Under the pieces are notes generated by a model, which was not told where the DNA came from, made no database searches, and was given only the letters and a program-made list of their open reading frames with translations. From positions 9,022 through 73,021 of the forward strand of contig JBBDTI010000072.1 of the NCBI GenBank assembly GCA_040904565.1: DNA of 64,000 nucleotides, read 5' to 3'. Origin of the DNA: Rhodothermales bacterium. GTDB taxonomy: Bacteria > Bacteroidota > Rhodothermia > Rhodothermales > VXPQ01. This document shows, one piece after another, positions 36,187 through 46,235 of this stretch (within the stretch, counting starts at the first letter, position 1; each line of letters starts with the position of its first letter). The translations under genes were made by a program, and so were the position numbers.

Positions 36187-36542
36187 TTCACCACAGAGTT
36201 TCTTTGAAGGTATCGAACGATGCCCGACGATGGACCGCGGAGGTCCGTCGCAGGGCATTACCGTACGCTGGCCAACGGCATGCTATTGACTACCGAGGCC
36301 GGTCGAAAGAAAGCAATCACGAGCGGCACCGTGACGTAACGAATTGCACATGGAAGCCCCACGCCCGGCGCATCTTATACGAAACGTCGACGTCCAGCAG
36401 ACGGGACCATCCCTCGTGCATCGGCGGTAATACCGTGGAGAACGAATACCATGTTACGAATACGGACATAGCGAATGGTCGGCCGGGTCTGGCCGGTGCC
36501 CGTCCCGTCCACCGCCTCCCACACAAACGACCTTACGATATC

Positions 36543-37013
36543 GTGAACCTCCGATCTTACACCCTCCTCGCCTGCATCGTCGGGCTTGCCTTCGTCCTTA
36601 CGTCGTGCGATACCACCGAACCTGAAACAAGGCGCATCCTGATACCTCGCGAGGTTCAAAGCTCTCAGTACACGACGACCGAGAGCGGCCTGAAATACTA
36701 CGACTTTATCGTTGGTGAGGGCGCCGAAGCCGGCGAGGACAGTCGCGTAACGGTTAATTTCGCCGCGTGGCTGTCCGACCAGTCGCTGCTGTCGAACACG
36801 TTCGACGGGGACAACCCGCTCACCGTTGATCTCGCCTCCGAAAACATTGTGGAAGGATGGTCCGAGGGCGTACCCGGCATGCGCGTTGGCGGACAGCGGC
36901 AGCTCGTCGTTCCACCGAGTCTGGCCTACGGTGAAGACGGCTATCCCGAGGGCGGAATACCCGCCAACGCGACCATCACGTACGAGATCGAGCTGCTCGA
37001 GGTAGAAGAGTAG
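36543..37013 (+). CDS. FKBP-type peptidyl-prolyl isomerase lipoprotein
   Basis: Lipobox LTSC, TESGLKY, GWSEGVPGMRVGGQRQLVVPPSLAYG, IPANATITYEIELL. Confidence 0.9.
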   Translation: MNLRSYTLLACIVGLAFVLTSCDTTEPETRRILIPREVQSSQYTTTESGLKYYDFIVGEGAEAGEDSRVTVNFAAWLSDQSLLSNTFDGDNPLTVDLASENIVEGWSEGVPGMRVGGQRQLVVPPSLAYGEDGYPEGGIPANATITYEIELLEVEE

Positions 37014-37244
37014 TCCACCCCATCGACGTACGGCAGGCCGCTATCCACGATGATCCGTATATCGTGGGGAACGACAACCGCCGGCTGTTGTCCATGCGGC
37101 GCATGGAAGCCGACACGGCCGATGCACCAGCCTACGTGACGTTCTGCTGATGGTCCACTATCTTGGAGCCCATCGTTTTACCCCGCCCGTCTGGCCGGCA
37201 CGCCCGGCCGGCGCCGGATCAATCCTTTCATTCCGACCATCCCT

Positions 37245-38261
37245 ATGCTTGATACAAGTATCATCGGTAGCTATGCCTGGCCTTCCTGGTTCATCACGAG
37301 TGTGGAAGCCATAAGGCAAAGGCGCTATGGCCGAAACGATATCGAAGAAACGCTTAACGACGCCGTAGACATTGCGATCAGAGACCAGGAAGACGCCGGA
37401 ATAGATATCGTGTCGGATGGAGAGATGAGGCGGCTCGGCTTCTTTACGGCCGACTTCTACGCGCGCCTCGACGGGCTCGGCGACCTGCGGCCCAGCCGCA
37501 GGCGCATCGGACCGGCCGGCCACGACCAGCGTGAACGGTATGAGGCCGTCGATCCGATCACGGCCCCCGACGGACTCGGGCTCGTCGCCGAGTTTGAGTA
37601 CGTTCGCACCCGGACGACGCACGCCATAAAAATGCCCTGCCCGGGCCCGTTTACGCTGGCCGGACGCATCAAGGTACCCGGGACGCATTATCGCGACCGG
37701 ATGGAGGTGGCACACGCCTTTTCGGACATCATCAATGAGGAACTCAAGCAGCTCGTGGATGCGGGCGTCGATTTCATCCAGCTGGACGAACCGTCGTACG
37801 CCGTCCATCCGGATGCACCCTCCGAGTTCGTCGAGCTCTTCAATCGGACCGTGCGGGGCGTCGAGGCGCGCATCGGCATCCACCTTTGCTTCGGCAACTT
37901 TGTCGGACGCCCCGTGGCACATCGGACCTACGCTCCCCTCTTTCCCTACATTCTCGATATAGACGCCGACGAACTGGCCATGGAATTCGCCAATCGGGAG
38001 CTGGCTGAAATCGATCTGACGGCCCGCGTCCAGGAAGCGGGTAAGACCGTCGCGGCCGGACTCGTAGACGTGAAAAATTATTTCATCGAGCCGCCGGAGC
38101 TCGTTGCGACGCGTATACGCAAGGTCCTCGAGTACGTGGCGCCGGATAACCTGGTCGTGACGCCGGACTGCGGCTTCAGCCAGACCGCACGCTGGGCCGC
38201 GCGCGCCAAGCTCAGAAGCCTCGTCGACGGCACGCAAATCGTGCGGGACGAGCTGGCCTAG
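37245..38261 (+). CDS. Cobalamin-independent methionine synthase catalytic-domain (core MetE-like) protein
   Basis: IGSYAWP, Q..AGIDIVSDGE.RR, IQLDEP, IHLCFGN, MEFA, TPDCG. Confidence 0.88.
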   Translation: MLDTSIIGSYAWPSWFITSVEAIRQRRYGRNDIEETLNDAVDIAIRDQEDAGIDIVSDGEMRRLGFFTADFYARLDGLGDLRPSRRRIGPAGHDQRERYEAVDPITAPDGLGLVAEFEYVRTRTTHAIKMPCPGPFTLAGRIKVPGTHYRDRMEVAHAFSDIINEELKQLVDAGVDFIQLDEPSYAVHPDAPSEFVELFNRTVRGVEARIGIHLCFGNFVGRPVAHRTYAPLFPYILDIDADELAMEFANRELAEIDLTARVQEAGKTVAAGLVDVKNYFIEPPELVATRIRKVLEYVAPDNLVVTPDCGFSQTARWAARAKLRSLVDGTQIVRDELA

Positions 38262-38278
38262 CGCCTCCTGGACCGCGT

Positions 38279-38326
38279 CCGCGCAACTGCCTGCGCAGTT
38301 ACCCGCGCAGTTATCCGCGCATGTGA
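38279..38326. repeat. Degenerate 12-bp tandem repeat, 4 copies
   Basis: CCGCGCAACTGC / CTGCGCAGTTAC / CCGCGCAGTTAT / CCGCGCATGTGA between convergent genes. Confidence 0.6.
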
Positions 38327-38363
38327 CGGTATCCGCTTCCCGGCCGGCGGGGTTGCGGCACCT

Positions 38364-39206
38364 TTAAAGATCGCAGCTCCACCGGCCGCCGGACTGCAGG
38401 CGAACCGCCCGCTGGCCTATTTGCCGGCCCGCTTCGAAGAACGGCTCCGGGGATGAGGTGTTGAACTCGAACATCTCGTAATGGCACGGAATGGCGACCC
38501 CGGCACCGAGATCTTTCGCGAGCTGCGCCGCTTCGGGCCCGGAAAAGTTGCCCGGGACCCCACGGCTTGGATCACTCCCGTTTATGGGAAGGATGCAGAC
38601 GTCGATGTCAAAAGGATCAAGCCGCTCGACCATCCCGTCGTAGCGGACCGTGTCGCCGCTGAAGTAGACGGTCCACCCATCGAACGTCACGACGTACCCG
38701 AGATGCGTGTGCCGCCCTTCCTCGTCCGTTTCCAGGTCCTCGTGCGCGGCAGGCACGGCCGCGAATTCGAATCCGGCCACGGTGGCGGACGCACCGTCTA
38801 CCAGTCCAATCGGATACGCCGGGTCGCAGTCCAACCGATTCGCAGCAAAGGCCCTGTTCGCCTCCGGAATGATAAGAGGCAACCCTTCATTGACCTCCAT
38901 CAACGGACCCAGCGTCTCGGCATCCAGATGGTCGGTGTGATTGTGCGTGGAGGTCACGACGTCGATAAAATCGAGCTTTTCCGGCGCGATCACACGCTCG
39001 GTCATGCGGACGTGGGGCTTCTCCGTCCCGGCATATTTTCTCGTAAGGGAGTCGGACAGATAGGGATCGAACAGCAGGTGCCGCCCGTCCGTCTGGAGCA
39101 GAAAACCGCTCTGGCCCAGCCACCAGATATGGAAGGGCTCGGGCCGGCTTCGAGCGGCGCGGACGTCGTCCAGGAAGGCGCTGCCGGATCGTTCAGGTTG
39201 TATCAT
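38364..39206 (-). CDS. MBL-fold metallo-hydrolase (UlaG-like lactonase)
   Basis: WWLGQSGF, DPYLSDSL, THNHTDHLD, SGDT, LPING, IPCHYEMF. Confidence 0.9.
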   Translation of the reverse strand: MIQPERSGSAFLDDVRAARSRPEPFHIWWLGQSGFLLQTDGRHLLFDPYLSDSLTRKYAGTEKPHVRMTERVIAPEKLDFIDVVTSTHNHTDHLDAETLGPLMEVNEGLPLIIPEANRAFAANRLDCDPAYPIGLVDGASATVAGFEFAAVPAAHEDLETDEEGRHTHLGYVVTFDGWTVYFSGDTVRYDGMVERLDPFDIDVCILPINGSDPSRGVPGNFSGPEAAQLAKDLGAGVAIPCHYEMFEFNTSSPEPFFEAGRQIGQRAVRLQSGGRWSCDL

Positions 39207-39288
39207 GAGATTCATCGTTACTATCACCGGTGACAACATTTTTGTCCTGAGTGTGGTATCTACTACGCCGTACCACACTGCCATCAAC

Positions 39289-40455
39289 ATGCCATCCTAC
39301 ATGCATCCGTCAAACTCGTTCGCCGCAATCATGATTTCCATGCTCTTCCTTGCCGCGTGTGCCGACTCATCGGAAGATGAGGGACCAAACGCCGCGTCGA
39401 CCATTCGAACCGCTCCGTTCGGAGACGTCGACGGGCAGTCCGTCTCTCTGTTCACCATGACGAACGCGGGAGGTATGGAGATGAGCGTTACCAATTACGG
39501 CGGCATCATCACGCACCTGCGCGTACCTGATGCGTCCGGCCAGGTCGACGACGTCGTCCTCGGTTACGACTCGATCGATGGATACCTCGAATCGTCGCCC
39601 TATTTCGGCGCGATCGTCGGACGGTACGGCAATCGAATCGGTGGAGCGGAGTTCACGCTCGACGGCGAGACCTACACGCTGGCGGCCAATAACGGCCCCA
39701 ACCATCTGCACGGCGGCATCCAGGGCTTTGACAAGGTCGTGTGGTCGGCCGAACCGTTCGAGGCGGCGGACCGCCGCGGCATCGCTCTCTCCTACACGAG
39801 TCCGGACGGCGAGGAAGGCTATCCCGGCACCTTAGAGATCCACGTCAGCTACACGCTGACCGACGAGAACGAACTGCTCGTCGACTACCACGCCACGACG
39901 GACGCCGCGACGCCGATCAACCTTACGCAGCATAGCTATTTCAACCTGGCGGGCATCGGATCGGGAGATATCCTGGACCACGTCCTGACCCTCAACGCGG
40001 ATCGATTCACGCCGGTCGACGAGACGCTCATCCCGACGGGGGAGCTGCGGCCCGTAACCGGCACCCCGTTCGACTTTACCGAACCGACGCCGATCGGAGA
40101 GCGCATCGAGGCGGACAACCGGCAGCTGGAGATCGCCGGGGGATACGACCATAACTTCGTCCTCAACGGTTCACCGGGTGAGCTTCGCCTCGCCGGCCGC
40201 GTGCTCGAACCCGCCAGCGGCCGCGTGATGGAGGTGCACACGACGGAGCCCGGCGTACAGTTCTACACCGGCAACTTCCTGGATGGATCGATCACCGGCA
40301 AAGGCGTCACGTACGAACGCCGGAACGGTTTCTGCCTCGAGACGCAGCATTTTCCCGACTCGCCGAACATAGAGAGCTTTCCATCGACGATCCTTCGGCC
40401 GAGGGAGGACTATCAGACGCGCACCGTCTTCCGCTTCAGTTCGACCGACGCGTAA
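39289..40455 (+). CDS. galM: Aldose 1-epimerase (galactose mutarotase), lipoprotein
   Basis: Lipobox LAAC, GRYGNRI, NHLHGG, NLTQHSYFNL, GGYDHNF, FCLETQHFPDSPN. Confidence 0.95.
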   Translation: MPSYMHPSNSFAAIMISMLFLAACADSSEDEGPNAASTIRTAPFGDVDGQSVSLFTMTNAGGMEMSVTNYGGIITHLRVPDASGQVDDVVLGYDSIDGYLESSPYFGAIVGRYGNRIGGAEFTLDGETYTLAANNGPNHLHGGIQGFDKVVWSAEPFEAADRRGIALSYTSPDGEEGYPGTLEIHVSYTLTDENELLVDYHATTDAATPINLTQHSYFNLAGIGSGDILDHVLTLNADRFTPVDETLIPTGELRPVTGTPFDFTEPTPIGERIEADNRQLEIAGGYDHNFVLNGSPGELRLAGRVLEPASGRVMEVHTTEPGVQFYTGNFLDGSITGKGVTYERRNGFCLETQHFPDSPNIESFPSTILRPREDYQTRTVFRFSSTDA

Positions 40456-40483
40456 CCTATCCCTCCAGAGACGTGTACGAACC

Positions 40484-41023
40484 ATGAAGACTTCCCTTCA
40501 GAAGGCCACGATCGGAGGCGGTTGCTTCTGGTGCATCGAGGCCGTCTTGGAGCGCCTGCGCGGCGTGGAGTCCGTCGTCTCCGGCTATGCCGGCGGCCAC
40601 GTTCCGAACCCGACCTACGAGCAGGTCTGCACCGGCGCAACGGGGCACGCTGAAGTCGTCCAGATCACCTTCAATCCGTCCGAGATCACGTATCGGGAGG
40701 TGCTGGAGATCTTCTTCACGATGCACGACCCGACGACGATGAACCGCCAGGGTGCCGACGTGGGTACGCAGTACCGGTCCATCATCCTCTACCACGACGA
40801 CGAGCAGCGAGAGACCGCGGAGGCCGTCGTCGAGGCCTTCGAGGAGGAAGGCGTGTGGAACGATCCGATCGTTACGGAGATCGAGCCGCTGGATGCGTTT
40901 TATCCCGCCGAAGCCCACCACCAGGAATATTATCGCAATCACACGTCGCAGCCCTACTGCCAGGCCGTGATCGCTCCAAAGATCGCAAAGCTGCGGAAGA
41001 CGTACGTCGATCGGCTCAAGTAG
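40484..41023 (+). CDS. msrA: Peptide methionine sulfoxide reductase A
   Basis: GGGCFWC, TGHAEVV, NRQGAD.GTQYRS, AEAHHQEYY, QPYC. Confidence 0.97.
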   Translation: MKTSLQKATIGGGCFWCIEAVLERLRGVESVVSGYAGGHVPNPTYEQVCTGATGHAEVVQITFNPSEITYREVLEIFFTMHDPTTMNRQGADVGTQYRSIILYHDDEQRETAEAVVEAFEEEGVWNDPIVTEIEPLDAFYPAEAHHQEYYRNHTSQPYCQAVIAPKIAKLRKTYVDRLK

Positions 41024-41034
41024 ATGCCTGCGCC

Positions 41035-41319
41035 ATGATCACGCTGTATCGCAAACCGAACGATGCGACGTCGGACGACATCGTATCTTCGCTCGAGGGT
41101 CTCGTCCTCGCGCATCGCGTCGTCGAGGTCAATGCCGGACGGACGGGCGACGTTCCGTCCGACCGATCCCTGCCCGTTCTCGTCGAAGGTGACGACGTCT
41201 ATTCGGGAGAAGAGATCGCGCAGTTCCTGGAACGGCGTGCCGTGCGTCTCCAGATTTCCCGGCAGATGTCGGCCGACGCGTGCTTTCTTGATCCCGACGA
41301 CCCGGATCACTGCATCTAG
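41035..41319 (+). CDS. Small glutaredoxin-fold-like protein with a C-terminal Cys pair
   Basis: MITLYRK...LPVLVEGD..YSG Grx-like pattern with no CxxC; ends SADACFLDPDDPDHCI. Starts 11 nt after msrA. Confidence 0.7.
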   Translation: MITLYRKPNDATSDDIVSSLEGLVLAHRVVEVNAGRTGDVPSDRSLPVLVEGDDVYSGEEIAQFLERRAVRLQISRQMSADACFLDPDDPDHCI

Positions 41320-41416
41320 CCGATCTCATGATGCCGCCCCGTGAAATGGCCGGCAGGTCCCTTGTAGCCGCCCCACGCGACGGGCACCCCATCGCCGCAT
41401 AAAGAGTGAGAGCCTG

Positions 41417-42556
41417 CTAGCTCGAAACCTTTCGGTACTGCTTGACGGCCAGCGTAAGGCTTACGACGGCAAACGCACCAAGCGCCGCAGCCTGCATCGC
41501 TACGGCCTCGATGCCGGCCCCTTTCAGCAACACGCGCCGCATGATCTTGATGAAGTGCGCAATCGGATTCAGCTCCGTCAGCCACTGTGCCCACATCGGC
41601 ATGCTCTCTATCGGCGTGAAGAGACCGCTCATGAGGATGCACACGACGAGGATGAACCACGCGATGAACATTGCCTGCTGCTGCGTCTCGGTCACCGTCG
41701 AAATCCACAGTCCGAGCCCGAGCATGGCGAGCAGGTAGATCGCCGCCAGCGCGAAAATCAGCGCCAGGCTGCCTTCGAGCGGGATCCGAAAGACGAGCCA
41801 CGCCACGAGAAGACCGAAAGCCAGCTCGAACAGCGCGATGATCCAGAACGGAAAGAGCTTTCCGGCAATCAACTGCCCCTTTCGAATCGGCGTCACGTTC
41901 AGCTGCTCGATCGTGCCGATCTCCTTCTCGCGTACGACGTTCATGGCCGAAAGAAAGGTGCCGATCATCGTGACGAGGATCACGAGGATGCCCGGAACCA
42001 TGTATGTCTGGTAGTCGAGACGCGGGTTGTACCAGTGCATCGGGCGAACGATGATGCGGCCCGGCCCGACAGGCGTCGCCGCCGCGTCGCCCCCGCGCGA
42101 CACCAGGCCTTGCACGCGGATCGCCGACCGATCCTCATTGAAGTCCGCCACGATGCGCGACAGATACGCCTGGACGACACCCGCCGTCGCGCCGTCCTGG
42201 GCGTTGACGACGATCTGAAGAGTGTGATCGGTGGATTCATCCGCGAGGCCACGCGGCATGTGGAAGATTACGTCGACGCGGCCCGACTGCATGGCCTCAT
42301 CCGCCTTCCTCGCCGACGTGGTGGTCTCGCGGACGGAAAAATACCCCGACGCTTCCATCCGGCGGACGAGCTCGCGGCCCACCGGATCGAGATCCTCCAC
42401 GACCAGTGCGACGGGCGTTTGCTTCACCTCGAACGTGGCGGCGAAGGCGAGCACGAGCAGCTGCACGATGGGCATCACAAAGATGATCGGCAGCATGGCC
42501 CGGTTCCTGAATATCTGGCGGAACTCCTTGCGGAGCAGTACGAGGATCGTCTGCAT
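41417..42556 (-). CDS. ABC-2 type permease (YbhR-like)
   Basis: KEFRQIFR, YNP, VREKEIGTIEQLNVTP, SGLFTPIESMP. Confidence 0.92.
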   Translation of the reverse strand: MQTILVLLRKEFRQIFRNRAMLPIIFVMPIVQLLVLAFAATFEVKQTPVALVVEDLDPVGRELVRRMEASGYFSVRETTTSARKADEAMQSGRVDVIFHMPRGLADESTDHTLQIVVNAQDGATAGVVQAYLSRIVADFNEDRSAIRVQGLVSRGGDAAATPVGPGRIIVRPMHWYNPRLDYQTYMVPGILVILVTMIGTFLSAMNVVREKEIGTIEQLNVTPIRKGQLIAGKLFPFWIIALFELAFGLLVAWLVFRIPLEGSLALIFALAAIYLLAMLGLGLWISTVTETQQQAMFIAWFILVVCILMSGLFTPIESMPMWAQWLTELNPIAHFIKIMRRVLLKGAGIEAVAMQAAALGAFAVVSLTLAVKQYRKVSS

Positions 42557-42557
42557 G

Positions 42558-43691
42558 CTATTCGAGCCGTATGCTGAAACTGCGCACAGCCACCGTCATG
42601 AAGACCGCCGTCATGCCGACCAGCACGAGCGTCTCCATCCACACGACCTCGAGACCGATTCCGCGAATCATGATGCCCCGAACCACGATCAGAAACCATT
42701 TGGCCGGAATGAGGTGGCTGAACAGCTGCAGCGCCTCCGGCATGCTCGAGATTGGGAAAATGAAACCGGACAGCAGGACGGTCGGCATGAGCAGTCCGGC
42801 CAGCGCGATCATCGTGGCCGTTTGCATGGAACGGCTGCGCGCGGAGATGAGCATGCCGAGCGACAGCGCGCAGAGGATGAAGAGCAGGCACTCCGCCAGT
42901 AGAAGCGCCAGGCTGCCTCGCACGGGCACGTGGAAAAGCGCAACGGCCAGCACCAGAATCGTGGCCACATTGACCAGGGAGAGCGCCAGGTAGGGCAGCA
43001 CTTTCCCCGCGATGATCTGGAGCGGGTGAAGCGGGGAGACGAGCAGAACCTCCATCGTGCCGGTCTCCCGCTCGCGGGTAATGGTGATCGACGTCATGAG
43101 CGCGCATACGAGCATCAATATGACGGCGATCAATCCCGGAACGAACAGGTACGCGCTCTCGAGATCGGGGTTGTAGCGCATCCTGACGGAGGGTACCACG
43201 CGCCCGGTTCCATCCGAACCGTCCGCCGCGACGATCATTCCCCGCTCCAACGCCTGCTCGGACTGCACGTCGTTCAGGACGGCCGTCGTGTATGCCAGCA
43301 CGGTGCTGGCAGCATTCGGATTCGTCGCGTCGGTAATAACCTGCACGTGAGCCTCACCCCGTCGAAGCCGCCTGGCAAAGTCCGGCTCGAACGCGAGTGC
43401 CGCAAGGGCATCACCCCTCTCGAAAGCTGCCTCCACGTTACGACGCCCGGCGCCGAATTCGACCACGTCGAAATAGCCCGATGCGCGGAGCCTGTCCACA
43501 ACGCCGTCCGTCGCCTCGTCGCGGGACGCGTCCACTACCAGGAGCGGCACGTCGTCGATTTCATTGCGGATGGCGAAACCGAAGAGCGCCATCATGATCA
43601 GCGGCATCCCGAAGAGCACGGCCAGCGTGCGGCGATCACGCAGAATGTGGTAGAACTCCTTACGAACGAAGCCGAAGAAGATGCGCCTCAT
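42558..43691 (-). CDS. ABC-2 type permease (YbhS-like)
   Basis: KEFYHILRDRR, YNPDL, TRERETGTMEVLLVSP, LSGFIFPISSMP. Confidence 0.92.
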   Translation of the reverse strand: MRRIFFGFVRKEFYHILRDRRTLAVLFGMPLIMMALFGFAIRNEIDDVPLLVVDASRDEATDGVVDRLRASGYFDVVEFGAGRRNVEAAFERGDALAALAFEPDFARRLRRGEAHVQVITDATNPNAASTVLAYTTAVLNDVQSEQALERGMIVAADGSDGTGRVVPSVRMRYNPDLESAYLFVPGLIAVILMLVCALMTSITITRERETGTMEVLLVSPLHPLQIIAGKVLPYLALSLVNVATILVLAVALFHVPVRGSLALLLAECLLFILCALSLGMLISARSRSMQTATMIALAGLLMPTVLLSGFIFPISSMPEALQLFSHLIPAKWFLIVVRGIMIRGIGLEVVWMETLVLVGMTAVFMTVAVRSFSIRLE

Positions 43692-44416
43692 GCTTCCCCC
43701 CGCGCCAGGCGAACGAACACGTCGTTCATCGTTGCCACCCCGTAGCGACCTTTCAGCTCGGCCGGTGAGCCAAGCGCGACGATGCGGCCGTCCACCATCA
43801 TCGAGATGCGATCGCAATACTCGGCTTCATCCATATAATGGGTCGTCACGAATACCGTGACTCCGGCATCCGCCGCCTCGTAGATTTGCTGCCAGAACTG
43901 GCGGCGCGTGATGGGGTCGACGCCGGCCGTCGGCTCGTCCAGGAACACGATCGCAGGATCGTGCAGCAGGGCGACGGAGAAGGCGAGCTTTTGCTTCCAT
44001 CCGAGAGGGAGCGTAACGATGCGCGTATCGGCGGCATCTCGAAGCCCGAGGCGATCGATCAGGTCCGCCGACCGATCCCGCAGCGCGGCCTTGCGCAGGC
44101 CGTAGACCCCGCCGTAAAAACGGATGTTCTCACGAACGGTAAGGTCCTCGTAGAGCGAGAACCGCTGGCTCATATAGCCGATGTTCTTCTTGATCTGCTC
44201 CGTCTGGCGATATACGTCGAAGCCGGCGACGGTCGCCTCACCCTCCGTGGGAGTGAGCAGACCCGTGAGCATACGTATCGCCGTCGTTTTACCCGCTCCG
44301 TTGGCCCCAAGAAAGCCGAAGATTTCCCCGCGACCTACCTCGATCGACACGGCGTCGACAGCCGTAAAGTCGCCGAATCGCCGTGTCAGGCCACGTGTCT
44401 CGATGACGTGATTCAT
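43688..44416 (-). CDS. ABC transporter ATP-binding protein
   Basis: GANGAGKT, LPLGWKQKL, FLDEPTAGVDP, TTHYMDEAE. Confidence 0.93.
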   Translation of the reverse strand: MNHVIETRGLTRRFGDFTAVDAVSIEVGRGEIFGFLGANGAGKTTAIRMLTGLLTPTEGEATVAGFDVYRQTEQIKKNIGYMSQRFSLYEDLTVRENIRFYGGVYGLRKAALRDRSADLIDRLGLRDAADTRIVTLPLGWKQKLAFSVALLHDPAIVFLDEPTAGVDPITRRQFWQQIYEAADAGVTVFVTTHYMDEAEYCDRISMMVDGRIVALGSPAELKGRYGVATMNDVFVRLARGEA

Positions 44417-45333
44417 CCGGTCGTCTGCATCCGTTCCATGAAGACGTCCTCGATCGTCGGTTCGATCTGCTCGACCGTCACGCCCTGAAGCCCGCGCGCT
44501 TCCAGGTAGCCGGTCATCGATGCCGGGCTCGGGCCGGGAGCACTGACGGCGACGTGGACCGCGTCGCCAAAGGGATGCACGCTGTGCGTCTTCGGGTGGG
44601 CGCGCAGTGCAGCCATCAGCTCGTTCCTGGATCGCCCGCGAACGCCGTACAGCGGGCGCTCGAACGAAGCAGCGATGGCCTGGGGACGGTCGACGCCCAG
44701 GAGGGATCCGTTCTGCATCAGGGCGACCCGGTCGCACTGCACGGCTTCGTCCATATACGCCGTCGATACGAGGATCGTGACGCCGGTTGATTGGACCGCG
44801 GAGAGATTTTGCCAGAACTCGCTCCGGGAAACGGCGTCGACGCCGGTCGTAGGCTCGTCCAGCACGAGAACTTTCGGGCGATGGATGAGGGCGCACGACA
44901 GGGCCAGCTTCTGCTTCATACCGCCGGAAAGTGCACCGGCGCGGCGCTTGCGGAAGGGCTCGAGCGGCTCATATACCGGGCGGATCCACTCGTAATTCGC
45001 GTCGATCGTCGTGCCAAAGACGCGGGCAAAGAATGCCAGATTTTCCTCTACCGAGAGATCCTGATACAATGAAAATTGTCCCGGCATGTAGCCGAGGCGC
45101 GTGCGAAGCATCCGGTAATCGTCGACGACGTCGAGGCCGTCGACGCGCGCCGTACCACCGTCGGGCACGAGCAGCGTAACCAGCATCCGGAACAGGGTCG
45201 TCTTTCCGGCACCGTCCGGGCCGATCACGCCGAACAGCTCCTCTTTCTCGACGTCGAGACTCAGGCCCGCAACGGCCTCCATGGCACCGAACGTCTTCCG
45301 TACGTTTCGGACTTCGATGGCCGGCACGGTCAT
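44413..45333 (-). CDS. ABC transporter ATP-binding protein
   Basis: GPDGAGKT, LSGGMKQKL, LDEPTTGVD, STAYMDEA. Confidence 0.93.
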   Translation of the reverse strand: MTVPAIEVRNVRKTFGAMEAVAGLSLDVEKEELFGVIGPDGAGKTTLFRMLVTLLVPDGGTARVDGLDVVDDYRMLRTRLGYMPGQFSLYQDLSVEENLAFFARVFGTTIDANYEWIRPVYEPLEPFRKRRAGALSGGMKQKLALSCALIHRPKVLVLDEPTTGVDAVSRSEFWQNLSAVQSTGVTILVSTAYMDEAVQCDRVALMQNGSLLGVDRPQAIAASFERPLYGVRGRSRNELMAALRAHPKTHSVHPFGDAVHVAVSAPGPSPASMTGYLEARGLQGVTVEQIEPTIEDVFMERMQTTG

Positions 45334-46235
45334 CCCTCCTCCGTCGCGTTGAGGAAACGGACTTCCCCCGGCATCCCGATTTTCAGGAGTCCGTCCGGGT
45401 TCGGCACGCGCACCTCGACGGCATAGACGAGATCGACGCGTGCTTCCCTGGTCTGGATCAGACGAGGTGTAAACTCAGCCTCGGAAGCGATACGGGCGAC
45501 CGTGCCGGGAAGCGTGCGCAGCGCGCCTTCCGGTCCATCTACGACGACGTCGACGGGCATGCCCAGCCGCACGTCCGGGAGCTGTGCGCCACTGACGAAG
45601 GCCTTGAGCACGAGGGTATCCAGCCGAGCGATCGTGTACAGCGGGCGTCCCGGTGCGGCCAGCTCGTGCGCTTCGGCGAACGAGGAGATGACCGTACCGT
45701 CGATCGGATTCCTGACGACGTGTCGATCGAGTTGTTCTTCGAGCTGCGCCAGCTGCGCATCGATCGCCTCCGACTCGCGTTCGATCGTGGAAATCCGGGT
45801 GCGAACGCCCGCTATCTCCCGGTCGATTACGCGTATGCGATCGTCGACCTCGTCGAGTTGCTGGCGGGCCGCGGCGTCGTCCTCTACCAGACGGGCGATG
45901 CGTTCGCGATCTCGCAACGCGATTCCACGCTTTTCTTCCAGCACGTCGATCCGCGAAAGCACGCCGTCGATGCGGGAACGCACGACGCGGCCGCGTGCCC
46001 GCAGCGTCGCGCGCTCCAGTACGAGTCCGGCTGTGTCGACTACGGCTGCGACGCGTCCGGCCGCCAGGCGCTCACCCTCGCGCACGGTGTAGGTGACGAG
46101 CCTTCCGCCGGTCTCGGCCGAGATCGTCGTCTGATCGGCCTCGAAATTACCGTACGCGTCCGACGGAGGCTCCTTTATACCACAGGCTGCAAGCGTGGGC
46201 AGCAGTATGATGACGATGACTCTAGCGATACTCAT
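45330..46235 (-). CDS. HlyD/YbhG-family periplasmic adaptor (lipoprotein)
   Basis: Lipobox LAAC, AYGNFEA, NPIDGTV, AEFTP.LIQT, LKIGMPGEV. Confidence 0.9.
   Translation of the reverse strand: MSIARVIVIILLPTLAACGIKEPPSDAYGNFEADQTTISAETGGRLVTYTVREGERLAAGRVAAVVDTAGLVLERATLRARGRVVRSRIDGVLSRIDVLEEKRGIALRDRERIARLVEDDAAARQQLDEVDDRIRVIDREIAGVRTRISTIERESEAIDAQLAQLEEQLDRHVVRNPIDGTVISSFAEAHELAAPGRPLYTIARLDTLVLKAFVSGAQLPDVRLGMPVDVVVDGPEGALRTLPGTVARIASEAEFTPRLIQTREARVDLVYAVEVRVPNPDGLLKIGMPGEVRFLNATEEG

Noticed and set aside
37014-37244. Possible SAM or cobalamin riboswitch upstream of the MetE-like gene
   Set aside because: No SAM-I core or B12-box consensus recognisable by eye; an Rfam scan would be decisive.
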